DNA of 54,700 nucleotides. Origin: a virus. Lineage: Duplodnaviria; Caudoviricetes. The position numbers were made by a program, and so were the translations under genes. Positions 48,034 through 54,700 of the stretch are shown in pieces. The notes beneath the pieces were generated by a model, which was not told where the DNA came from, searched no databases, and saw only the letters and a list, made by a program, of their open reading frames with translations. Positions within the stretch are counted from its first letter, which is position 1; each line of letters begins with the position of its first letter. The stretch covers positions 1 through 54,700 of the IMG/VR virus record IMGVR_UViG_3300028897_000119. One strand, written 5' to 3'.

Positions 48034-48354
48034 ATGAAATTCAGAATCGTCTACAACGCATGGTGGATGCGACGCGGGTGGGGCATGGTGTTCTGGTCGT
48101 GGATGTGGTTTGGCCTCAAGGAGTCCGAGGTCAGCGATCGGCACTACCGGCACGAGCTGCAGCATTGCTATCAGGTGAAGCGCAAGGGGCGGCTATGGTT
48201 TCTGATTTCCTACGCGCTCTTGTGGCTGCGGCACGGAGCATTTTGGGGCGGCTATCGCAATCATCCCTACGAGGTCGAAGCCCGCCAGCACCAAGACAAT
48301 CCGCTGACAGCGGAGGAAATCGCATGGCGGGAGCGCCGGAGGATAACGCTATGA
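48034..48354 (+). CDS. Small HExxH metallopeptidase-like protein (DUF4157-like)
   Basis: RHELQHCYQ...YRNHPYEVEAR; AGGAGG Shine-Dalgarno. Confidence 0.75.
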   Translation: MKFRIVYNAWWMRRGWGMVFWSWMWFGLKESEVSDRHYRHELQHCYQVKRKGRLWFLISYALLWLRHGAFWGGYRNHPYEVEARQHQDNPLTAEEIAWRERRRITL

Positions 48355-48800
48355 ACGTGACCGCATTCGACATCGCACAGCGATTCACCGGGATTCAGGA
48401 GGTCGGTGGCAGCGTCGATAACCCGCAGATCCTCGCCATGCTCAAGCTCGACAACTCGTGGCCTGAGAATGACGAGGTGCCGTGGTGCTCGGCCTTCGTG
48501 AACTACATCGCGTGGCTGCTCCGGCTGCCGAGATCCAAGGATCTGCGGGCCCGCTCATGGCTCAGTGTCGGCAAGGGCATCACGCTCGAGCAGGCCGAGC
48601 CCGGATTCGACATCGTGATTCTCAAGCGCGGGCAGGGAGACCAGCCGGGGCCGGAGGTCATCGACGCTCCTGGGCATGTGGGTTTCTACGCCGGCAGGAG
48701 CGACGCTCTCATTGAGGTGCTAGGCGGCAACCAAAGCGACACGGTCAAGGTTTCGCGATATGCTTCGAGCCGACTTCTCGGTGTGCGGAGACTGCTATGA
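48351..48800 (+). CDS. Putative endolysin, TIGR02594 / NlpC-P60-like
   Basis: DEVPWCSAFVN, ARSW, GHVGFY, LGGNQSD. Confidence 0.85.
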   Translation: MNVTAFDIAQRFTGIQEVGGSVDNPQILAMLKLDNSWPENDEVPWCSAFVNYIAWLLRLPRSKDLRARSWLSVGKGITLEQAEPGFDIVILKRGQGDQPGPEVIDAPGHVGFYAGRSDALIEVLGGNQSDTVKVSRYASSRLLGVRRLL

Positions 48801-49255
48801 GGGATTGGATTTCGGACAGGTGGGCGCGGCTCAAGGTGTGGAGTCGCCGGCAGTGGCAGCGGTTCAAGGCGTGGATCTACAGCATTCTGGTGGGCCTCGG
48901 CCTGATTACCGGCGTTGCCCTGGCTGACAATGACGTCAATCTTTCGTGGACCAATGCGACGCAGTACGAGGATGGCACCGCCATGCCGGTCGAGGAGATC
49001 GAGGAGACGGTGCTCTACAAGCAATCGTTCCCGCTCGACGGCACTGGCATGTCGGATCCTCGCAGCTACACGGAGCTCGCGCGGGTGCCGCCTTCGGTAA
49101 CTACTTACTTGGACGCGAACCAGCCGAACGGGGTGCATTGCTACGTGGCGACACACATTGCGACCAATGGCGAGGAGTCGCAGCAATCGAACGAGTCCTG
49201 CAAGACGATAGATGTCCGGCTTCCGGGCGCTCCGCAGGGCCTCAGTGCCAACTGA
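48797..49255 (+). CDS. Membrane-anchored or exported fibronectin-III-like protein
   Basis: Hydrophobic segment ending ALA, then LSW...Y...CYVAT...GEES..SNE..K...P.AP. Confidence 0.65.
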   Translation: MRDWISDRWARLKVWSRRQWQRFKAWIYSILVGLGLITGVALADNDVNLSWTNATQYEDGTAMPVEEIEETVLYKQSFPLDGTGMSDPRSYTELARVPPSVTTYLDANQPNGVHCYVATHIATNGEESQQSNESCKTIDVRLPGAPQGLSAN

Positions 49256-49264
49256 CAAGGAGGT

Positions 49265-49633
49265 ATGGCAATGGCAGTAAAACGACCGGGATTCAACAAC
49301 GCGAGCGGCTCGCGCAATCGGCGCGTCAATCGCTACGCGAACGCAGGCGACAATCGTCCTGACCGCCGGCACAAGGTAGTGGCCGGCACCACGATCGGCT
49401 TCAATACAGTGCCGACGCCGGACGAGGTCACGGATTCGGCAAACGGTCTCGGCGGCTACGAGGTCGGCGAGTACATCGGGGTCGAGGGATCCACCGGCAA
49501 CGATGGTGTGCTCAGTGTGCAGACCGTTGCGGCCGGTGCCCTTGGCGTGAATGAGGCGCTGACGCTCGAGGGGGCAGGCGCAGCAGTCAGGCTGGCGTCG
49601 CTCAACAACGAAATCGTCAACCGCTTCTCATAG
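49265..49633 (+). CDS. Hypothetical, virion-like protein
   Basis: AAGGAGG Shine-Dalgarno. Confidence 0.7.
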   Translation: MAMAVKRPGFNNASGSRNRRVNRYANAGDNRPDRRHKVVAGTTIGFNTVPTPDEVTDSANGLGGYEVGEYIGVEGSTGNDGVLSVQTVAAGALGVNEALTLEGAGAAVRLASLNNEIVNRFS

Positions 49634-49667
49634 GGGCGCCCCGGAGGAGAACAGCGTCAGGGGCTTG

Positions 49668-49708
49668 CCGGCGAGGTTTTTGCTGTTTCTCTCGCCGGAC
49701 CCTTTTTT
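49668..49708 (+). terminator. Terminator-like hairpin before the holin, with a competing upstream pairing partner
   Basis: CCGGCGAGG/TCTCGCCGG stem followed by ACCC and T6. Confidence 0.6.
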
Positions 49709-49723
49709 GACAAGGAGGTCAAT

Positions 49724-49921
49724 GTGCCTAAGAAGCCATCAAGTACGATCACCGCAGCTACGCTGGCCGGCATGGGAATGGCGGCCATATGGGCGCTCGT
49801 CGATAACTTCACTGCCGTCTCGGTATCGCCGACCGTGGTCAGCACCACGACGACATTCATTTCGGCGCTGGTCGGCTACATGAAACGCGAGCTGGTACTC
49901 AAGCCGGAGGATCTCGGTTGA
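49724..49921 (+). CDS. Putative holin
   Basis: 65 aa, two hydrophobic segments, charged C-terminus, AAGGAGG Shine-Dalgarno. Confidence 0.65.
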   Translation: MPKKPSSTITAATLAGMGMAAIWALVDNFTAVSVSPTVVSTTTTFISALVGYMKRELVLKPEDLG

Positions 49922-50223
49922 AAAAGTGGCTCATCATCCTCGGCGGGGCATTGCTGGCGGCGGCGCTGGCGATCCTGGGTCGGGACTCGAGGGCGCTCAG
50001 GCGCACCGAGGAGCAGCGTGACGAGATCCTGCAGACCGGCATCGACGAGAATAGCGCCAAGGCCCGCAAGCTGGCTGCCAAGGCTGAGAAGCGCAAGGCT
50101 GACGCGCAGGCGGCAGTCGATGAAACCGTGAGGAGGCTCGATGCTCTCGATGAAAAGGACAACGACATGGGCGATCTGCTTTCTGATTGGCAGTCTGAGC
50201 GGGTGCGCCAGCGATCCGGTTGA
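49918..50223 (+). CDS. i-spanin-like (Rz-like) protein
   Basis: N-terminal transmembrane segment plus coiled coil; overlaps the downstream lipoprotein gene. Confidence 0.65.
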   Translation: MKKWLIILGGALLAAALAILGRDSRALRRTEEQRDEILQTGIDENSAKARKLAAKAEKRKADAQAAVDETVRRLDALDEKDNDMGDLLSDWQSERVRQRSG

Positions 50224-50581
50224 GCTCCCGCCGTGGGATCTTGAATACGCGACGGTCGAGGTCGCCAAGCCTGTCAGGCTGCCTGAGATGCCCTCTCCCG
50301 TATCCTCGACCGAGGAGACGGTGACATTCAGCAAGGATGGCTTCGAGGCGCTGGTGCGATACACGGTGGTTGCTGGCGGCAATTACGAGGCTGCCGAAGC
50401 GAACGCCGAGGCCCTCGAGGATCTCAGCAAGGCGTATAACCATCTCATCGACGCCGGCCAGCTACAGCAGCAGTTCACTCAGGTACGCGAGGAGCAGCTC
50501 GAGCGCGAGCGGCGCGATCACTTCATGGATAACTGGTTTCATCGGGGCTTGATAGCCCTCGGATTATTGGTGGCCCTATGA
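50150..50581 (+). CDS. Spanin-like lipoprotein with hydrophobic C-terminus
   Basis: Lipobox LSGC; Pro-rich linker; ends GLIALGLLVAL. Confidence 0.65.
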   Translation: MKRTTTWAICFLIGSLSGCASDPVELPPWDLEYATVEVAKPVRLPEMPSPVSSTEETVTFSKDGFEALVRYTVVAGGNYEAAEANAEALEDLSKAYNHLIDAGQLQQQFTQVREEQLERERRDHFMDNWFHRGLIALGLLVAL

Positions 50582-51336
50582 CTCTCAAGACAAAGGTTCG
50601 GCTCTACTACGCGCTGGTATGGGCGGTATTCATCCTGTGGTTCGCCTTCGGGTGGAACATCGCCGAGGCCGGCGGCAACAAAAACGACGAGGTCGATGTC
50701 GATGTCAACGTGGATACGCCTGTCGATGTTGACGTCACCGGCGGCGACGTCAACGTGCCGGTGGATGTTACGACTGGTCCTGTATCGGTGCAGGGCGGTG
50801 ACGTCAGCACTAACATGCAGTTCGACTCCAAGGCGCTCGGCATTGCGAATAGCCTGGGCGATGTCGATATTGCTGACTGCCTCGGCTCGACGCAGTGGTC
50901 AACGCCGGTGTTCGGACGGCAGGGTCTCGTGCTGAATCAGGTGTGCATGGCTGAGTTTTACCTGACGGCTGGCAAGTACAAGCTGGCGGCCATGTCGCTG
51001 TGCAACGTCAAAGAGATCCTCAAGGAATTCGAGAGCGAGGAGGAGTGTGAGGAGGCTCACGACTTCACGCCGGTCGCGCCGGCCCCGGAGCCCGCCAGCG
51101 AGATCCTCGAGCAACGAATGCAGATCGAGGAGTATCACGAGGAGGACATCGAGCAGGTGCAAATGCAGCAGCAGCAGCTCGTCGCCCGCATCGAGGCCCT
51201 CGAGAAACGGCCGGAGCCAGCCCCGCGAGTAGTCCGGGCGCCGGCCCCGGAGCCCAAGCCGGCATTCTCGGAGGAGCAAAAGCGCGCTGCTTGGGCTGCT
51301 CTCATGGGTGGCAGTGAGGACGAGGACGATGAGTGA
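50578..51336 (+). CDS. Exported or membrane protein with VDV repeats and several Cys
   Basis: N-terminal hydrophobic helix; VDVDVNVDTPVDVDV. Confidence 0.7.
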   Translation: MTLKTKVRLYYALVWAVFILWFAFGWNIAEAGGNKNDEVDVDVNVDTPVDVDVTGGDVNVPVDVTTGPVSVQGGDVSTNMQFDSKALGIANSLGDVDIADCLGSTQWSTPVFGRQGLVLNQVCMAEFYLTAGKYKLAAMSLCNVKEILKEFESEEECEEAHDFTPVAPAPEPASEILEQRMQIEEYHEEDIEQVQMQQQQLVARIEALEKRPEPAPRVVRAPAPEPKPAFSEEQKRAAWAALMGGSEDEDDE

Positions 51337-51643
51337 GGAGATAACCGTAAAGGACGCCGCCAAGGCGATCGCTACCAGCAAGGCGCTGCTCGCGTCGATC
51401 ATTGCCGCATTCACGCTCATGTCAGCGGTCGGCATCGCGATCCTCGAGTGGCGCGTGAGCGTCAATGTAGCTGAGGCGCTGGCTGCCCAGGATCTCGGCA
51501 CCGATGCCAAGATCGTCGCTATGGATTCAGCGATCGCCGACAACAAGCGCACCGGCTCTGAGAATGCCGAGGACATCGAGCAAAATCGAGAGCGTGTCGA
51601 GGCTGCCTTCGCCGCGCTGTTGGGGAGGCAGAATGACCCCTGA
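51329..51643 (+). CDS. Membrane protein with coiled coil
   Basis: Single transmembrane segment; coupled ORF. Confidence 0.65.
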   Translation: MSEEITVKDAAKAIATSKALLASIIAAFTLMSAVGIAILEWRVSVNVAEALAAQDLGTDAKIVAMDSAIADNKRTGSENAEDIEQNRERVEAAFAALLGRQNDP

Positions 51644-51836
51644 GTTATGGACCGCCATCATCGGGCAGACCATTGTGATCGTGCTTGCGATCATCGGTGG
51701 GCTGCGCCACACCGAGAAGCGCATCACCAAGATCGAGACCAAGGTCGAGGGTCTCGAGCAGCAGGTTCAGGCGGTTCCGGGGATCTCGCGCGCGGTCGCT
51801 CGTCTCGAGGGTAGGGCTCAGGCCCAAGCCAAATAA
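51633..51836 (+). CDS. Small membrane plus coiled-coil protein (holin/XhlA-like architecture)
   Basis: Transmembrane segment then RITKIETKV...RLEG; GGAGG Shine-Dalgarno. Confidence 0.65.
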   Translation: MTPELWTAIIGQTIVIVLAIIGGLRHTEKRITKIETKVEGLEQQVQAVPGISRAVARLEGRAQAQAK

Positions 51837-51862
51837 AAAGGGCGCCTTTCGGCGCCCTCTCC
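51831..51862 (-). terminator. Rho-independent terminator between convergent operons (U-tract on the minus strand)
   Basis: AGGGCGCC-GAAA-GGCGCCCT followed by TTTTATTT on the minus strand. Confidence 0.85.
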
Positions 51863-51960
51863 CTGCACTTTTCACTAGCCGCAGCAGGCTCGGCTTACGC
51901 GAGGTGTCAGCCTCTCAGCCGACCGGGGGTTGTTTTAGATTCCAGACGTCATCGCTACCC

Positions 51961-52281
51961 CTAATGCGACGTCTCTGGTTCTGCGGAGGGAGGAGCCGCA
52001 GGCTCAGGGGGGAACACATCGGATTCCGGCGCCCTGGGGGCATCGTTCCATGCCTTGCTCGCCCGCGTCAATGTCTCCTGCGGATCCTGCGTGTAGTTAT
52101 TGCGAAACTCTACGGACCAGTCGCCGCAGCAGCTACCCATTGCGCGACCGTACTTGGCGCGCTCCGGCATCTCGATCAGCAGGCCATCGGGAAACTGCCC
52201 GCATGGACACATCTTGATCGGCGGCTGCTCGAGTTTCGGTGGCTGTTGCTGCAATGGGATTGTGGGTGGTCTTGAGCTCAT
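51961..52281 (-). CDS. Lar-like (restriction alleviation) zinc-binding protein
   Basis: KMCPCG...CC...A..AWN pattern. Confidence 0.5.
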   Translation of the reverse strand: MSSRPPTIPLQQQPPKLEQPPIKMCPCGQFPDGLLIEMPERAKYGRAMGSCCGDWSVEFRNNYTQDPQETLTRASKAWNDAPRAPESDVFPPEPAAPPSAEPETSH

Positions 52282-52296
52282 AGCTTCTCCTTGTCG

Positions 52297-52947
52297 TTAG
52301 GCCAGTCCGGCCAGTTCATAGCACTCGAGCATGAATTCCTGACAGCGGTGCTCCATTTGCTCGATCAGCTTGTTGTCTCTCGGCACCGCGACTCGGTGGA
52401 TCTTCTGCACGAGGCCGCCTTCGAGGTTGTCGCCGATGTAGTAGTTGATGAACCACCAGTAGGAGAACCCGGTCAGCATCATGTGGCCTTGCACTTGGTG
52501 CCGGTTTTCGGCGGGGCAAGCTCGCGTGGTGCCTTTGTGCTGCTCGGCAATCTCCCGGTACTTCTTGTAGTTCTTGAACAGCGCGCGGCATTTTACCTCA
52601 CCGCCGGCATCGTAGTTGGGAAGATGCAGGAGGTCAGGCGAGCCGGCGAGCCAGTCGAATTTCTCCGAGATCAGGAACACGTTGTGCTCAACATCGACAT
52701 CGTACTTGAACTCGTAGCCGGCGATCGCACGAGGCTCGTGCTCCCTGCCGTGCTGAGCCCACTCGGGGTTCTCCTCGACATGCTTGTGACCGAGGAGCTC
52801 GAGGACTTTCTCATGCCGATATTTCTGATACCGTTTCGTTGTCGGCTTGGCCATTACATCGGCGAGGCGGGAGCAGGTAATCCGATTTCTGCGGAGGTCT
52901 AACCACTCATCGGATCCCTGCTCAACGGTGACTATGCGGCAGTCCAT
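52297..52947 (-). CDS. YqaJ / lambda-exonuclease family recombination nuclease
   Basis: QGSDEW...R...IT.S, G...EP.A, GSPD, EVKC, QVQG.M. Confidence 0.92.
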   Translation of the reverse strand: MDCRIVTVEQGSDEWLDLRRNRITCSRLADVMAKPTTKRYQKYRHEKVLELLGHKHVEENPEWAQHGREHEPRAIAGYEFKYDVDVEHNVFLISEKFDWLAGSPDLLHLPNYDAGGEVKCRALFKNYKKYREIAEQHKGTTRACPAENRHQVQGHMMLTGFSYWWFINYYIGDNLEGGLVQKIHRVAVPRDNKLIEQMEHRCQEFMLECYELAGLA

Positions 52948-53777
52948 TACGACTCGTCCGCGTCACTCTTGCTCGCCTTCGCCTGTGGCTTCTTATCGGC
53001 CGGTTTCTTGTCCTGCCCCGCTTGCTGCTTCTGCGCGGCTTCACGCTTCGCTTGGTTGCGGAGCAGATTGATCGCTGCGTCAGCCTGACCAGCGGGGATG
53101 TCGCGTACCTGCGTGATCGGCACATCGCTGGTGCTGAATACCTTGGCCAGCATCCGGTCAACGACACGGTCGCCATCGTCGCCGAACAGATTTTGAGCCT
53201 CGACCAGAATGTCATCGGCTTCCTTCGGCGAGATCCGGTCATACTGACTCGGGTCTTTCATGGCTGCCTGCGCATCGTCATCGGCCTGAGCCACGGCGCA
53301 GATCGCCGACAGCATGTAGCGGCGCATGTAGGTGAGCGTCGAGCCGATGCCCTGGGGGTTGGGCTTCTCGCAGTACATCTGCCACTCGGTCGAGATCGAC
53401 TGGCCTGACTGGTGCGTCAGCATGGTAATCAGGCGCACGTAATTCGAGGTCGGTGTGCCGTCATCGTTGTAAGCCTGCACCGGAAGCTGCACGACAGCGA
53501 GCCCGTTCTTGGCCAGCGGCTCGCGCACGACATCGAGCACGGCAGCGAGGTTCGCGTACTTGCTGTTGAGAAACTCGTTTTCCGTGTTCTTCTCGGCGTT
53601 CCTGATTTCAGTCTGCGCCTTGGCGAGTGCGGTGTAGAGCTCCTTGCAATCGTCGGCCTCGGTGAGCGCGGCGTGGCTGTTCAGTCGTTGCTCGACAAGG
53701 CTCTCGATCAGATCCTTGAAAAACTCCTGCGTCATGCGGATCGGCAGGTCAGGTGCTTCGGTGTATTGGTCATTCAT
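52947..53777 (-). CDS. erf: ERF-family single-strand annealing protein
   Basis: ALAKAQ...KYANL...PLAKNGL...HQSGQ...PQ..GS.LTY.RRY...DDD. Confidence 0.92.
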   Translation of the reverse strand: MNDQYTEAPDLPIRMTQEFFKDLIESLVEQRLNSHAALTEADDCKELYTALAKAQTEIRNAEKNTENEFLNSKYANLAAVLDVVREPLAKNGLAVVQLPVQAYNDDGTPTSNYVRLITMLTHQSGQSISTEWQMYCEKPNPQGIGSTLTYMRRYMLSAICAVAQADDDAQAAMKDPSQYDRISPKEADDILVEAQNLFGDDGDRVVDRMLAKVFSTSDVPITQVRDIPAGQADAAINLLRNQAKREAAQKQQAGQDKKPADKKPQAKASKSDADES

Positions 53778-54039
53778 TGCGGTCTCCTCGCGTTGCTTTT
53801 GCTACTCGTCCATCACCGCCGCACGTTTTGCACGGCAGCCAGTTGACGTTGTCGGAAAGTGGATCGGCGCCGTGACCCTTGCACTCGGGGCAGCGGTCAG
53901 TGGTGTCGATCTCGTGTTGCCGGTGGCGCTCGTAAGCATCATCCTCGTCCTCCTGACCGAACCAGCGATCCCAGGATTCAGCGGCGTCCTCCGGTGTCTG
54001 TGGGCCGTCAGATATACGGCACGGCATTTTCGGATCCAT
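53770..54039 (-). CDS. Small acidic protein with DnaJ-type zinc finger
   Basis: CPECKGHG...CKTCGGDG; ACGCGAGG leader. Confidence 0.75.
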   Translation of the reverse strand: MDPKMPCRISDGPQTPEDAAESWDRWFGQEDEDDAYERHRQHEIDTTDRCPECKGHGADPLSDNVNWLPCKTCGGDGRVAKATRGDRNE

Positions 54040-54045
54040 TTTTTT

Positions 54046-54093
54046 CCTCGCGTAAGTATTGCTTGTCAGTACAAGTGTCAGTACATTATGCCT
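54046..54093. promoter_or_regulatory. Divergent control region: plus-strand TTGCTT-N17-TACATT promoter and two TGTCAGTACA direct repeats
   Basis: Repeats at 54064-54073 and 54076-54085 between divergent genes. Confidence 0.7.
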
Positions 54094-54246
54094 ATGAAAA
54101 AGAGAACAGACAAGGTCCAGTTTCGGCTCACCGCACAAGAGCTCCGGGCCCTCAAGCTGCTCGCGGCGCGCGCCGGCCTATCGCTGTCGGCGTACCTCCG
54201 CGAGTCCATCCGTAACGACGCCAAAGACAAGGGGATTCCGATATGA
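54094..54246 (+). CDS. Ribbon-helix-helix (CopG/MobC-like) regulator
   Basis: KVQFRLT..E...L...A...GLSLSAYLR. Confidence 0.85.
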   Translation: MKKRTDKVQFRLTAQELRALKLLAARAGLSLSAYLRESIRNDAKDKGIPI

Positions 54247-54461
54247 AAATCCAGAATAGGTCGGTTGACTACAACACGCCGGGGCTCTATTGGGACGGCA
54301 CAACGCTGTGGGCCGTGGGCACTGACGGCATGGGCTACATGATCGGCAATGACCGCTCGGCATTTACTTACCTCGAGAGCGACGACGAGACGCCGGCGCC
54401 GACTGAACCGCGCCTCAGCGTGACCGACATCATTGCCCTGGCTGGTGCATTCAAGCGATGA
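54243..54461 (+). CDS. Hypothetical protein
   Basis: ATGA coupling on both sides. Confidence 0.65.
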   Translation: MKIQNRSVDYNTPGLYWDGTTLWAVGTDGMGYMIGNDRSAFTYLESDDETPAPTEPRLSVTDIIALAGAFKR

Positions 54462-54628
54462 AAGATCCCGACAAGATGAGCATGTCCGAGCTGCGCCGTG
54501 TGGCCAAGGCCGCCAAGCGCGTACTCAAATGCAGCGGCTACGGTGGTTGGGATCTGCAGGATGCTTACGCGAAGCTGCGGCGCGAATTCGAGGACGAGGA
54601 GGACCGCCGTGCCGCTACACGTTCCTGA
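54458..54628 (+). CDS. Small hypothetical protein (56 aa) running into the terminal overlap
   Basis: MKDPDKMSMSELRR...; its stop corresponds to position 72 of the window. Confidence 0.6.
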   Translation: MKDPDKMSMSELRRVAKAAKRVLKCSGYGGWDLQDAYAKLRREFEDEEDRRAATRS

Positions 54629-54700
54629 CTGGTGCGAGAAGCACCGCGTACAGTTGCGCGGCTATCCGATTGGCGACAAGCAAAACGGCGCATTCCATTT
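54557..54700. repeat. Terminal direct repeat, copy 2
   Basis: Identical to 1-144. Confidence 0.95.

Noticed and set aside
51860-51960. TPP riboswitch or hammerhead ribozyme suggested by GGCTGAGAG
   Set aside because: The remaining conserved cores (CUGANGA with GAAA, or the TPP ACCUGAU segment) are missing.
54557-54700. 144-bp end repeat as a biological terminal repeat
   Set aside because: It falls inside coupled ORFs and is best explained as circular-assembly overlap; other signals put the real end near 12.6 kb.

Overview
The window is an apparently complete, circularly permuted genome of a GC-rich tailed dsDNA phage. Bases 54557-54700 repeat bases 1-144 exactly, giving a unit length of about 54,556 bp. 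The head and tail genes are podovirus-type: TerS, TerL, portal, scaffold, major capsid, tail tubular A and B, ejection proteins (one a 2270-aa polyvalent protein) and two paralogous fibres. A lysis cassette with spanin-like genes implies a Gram-negative host. DNA-metabolism genes are an SF2 helicase, ParB-like, Ref-like and DUF1064 proteins, ERF, YqaJ and a Lar-like protein. I see no integrase, DNA polymerase, primase, tRNA or CRISPR array. The most striking feature is a minus-strand operon of 16 mostly small genes (5840-11749), headed by a stand-alone restriction-enzyme-like N-terminal domain and a C5-methyltransferase-like gene. It sits in a roughly 7.5-8.4 kb zone where I find no CTCGAG, SAGCTS or RGATCY, all common elsewhere, next to a composition switch that may mark the genome end. 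This looks like a restriction-proof first-entering region. Several of its genes and the recombination operon share an ACGCGAGGAG leader, and a complementary 11-mer lies in a structured 3' UTR. A six-gene cassette with a SPOUT-like enzyme is inserted among the ejection-protein genes. All family assignments come from reading motifs by eye, not from database searches.
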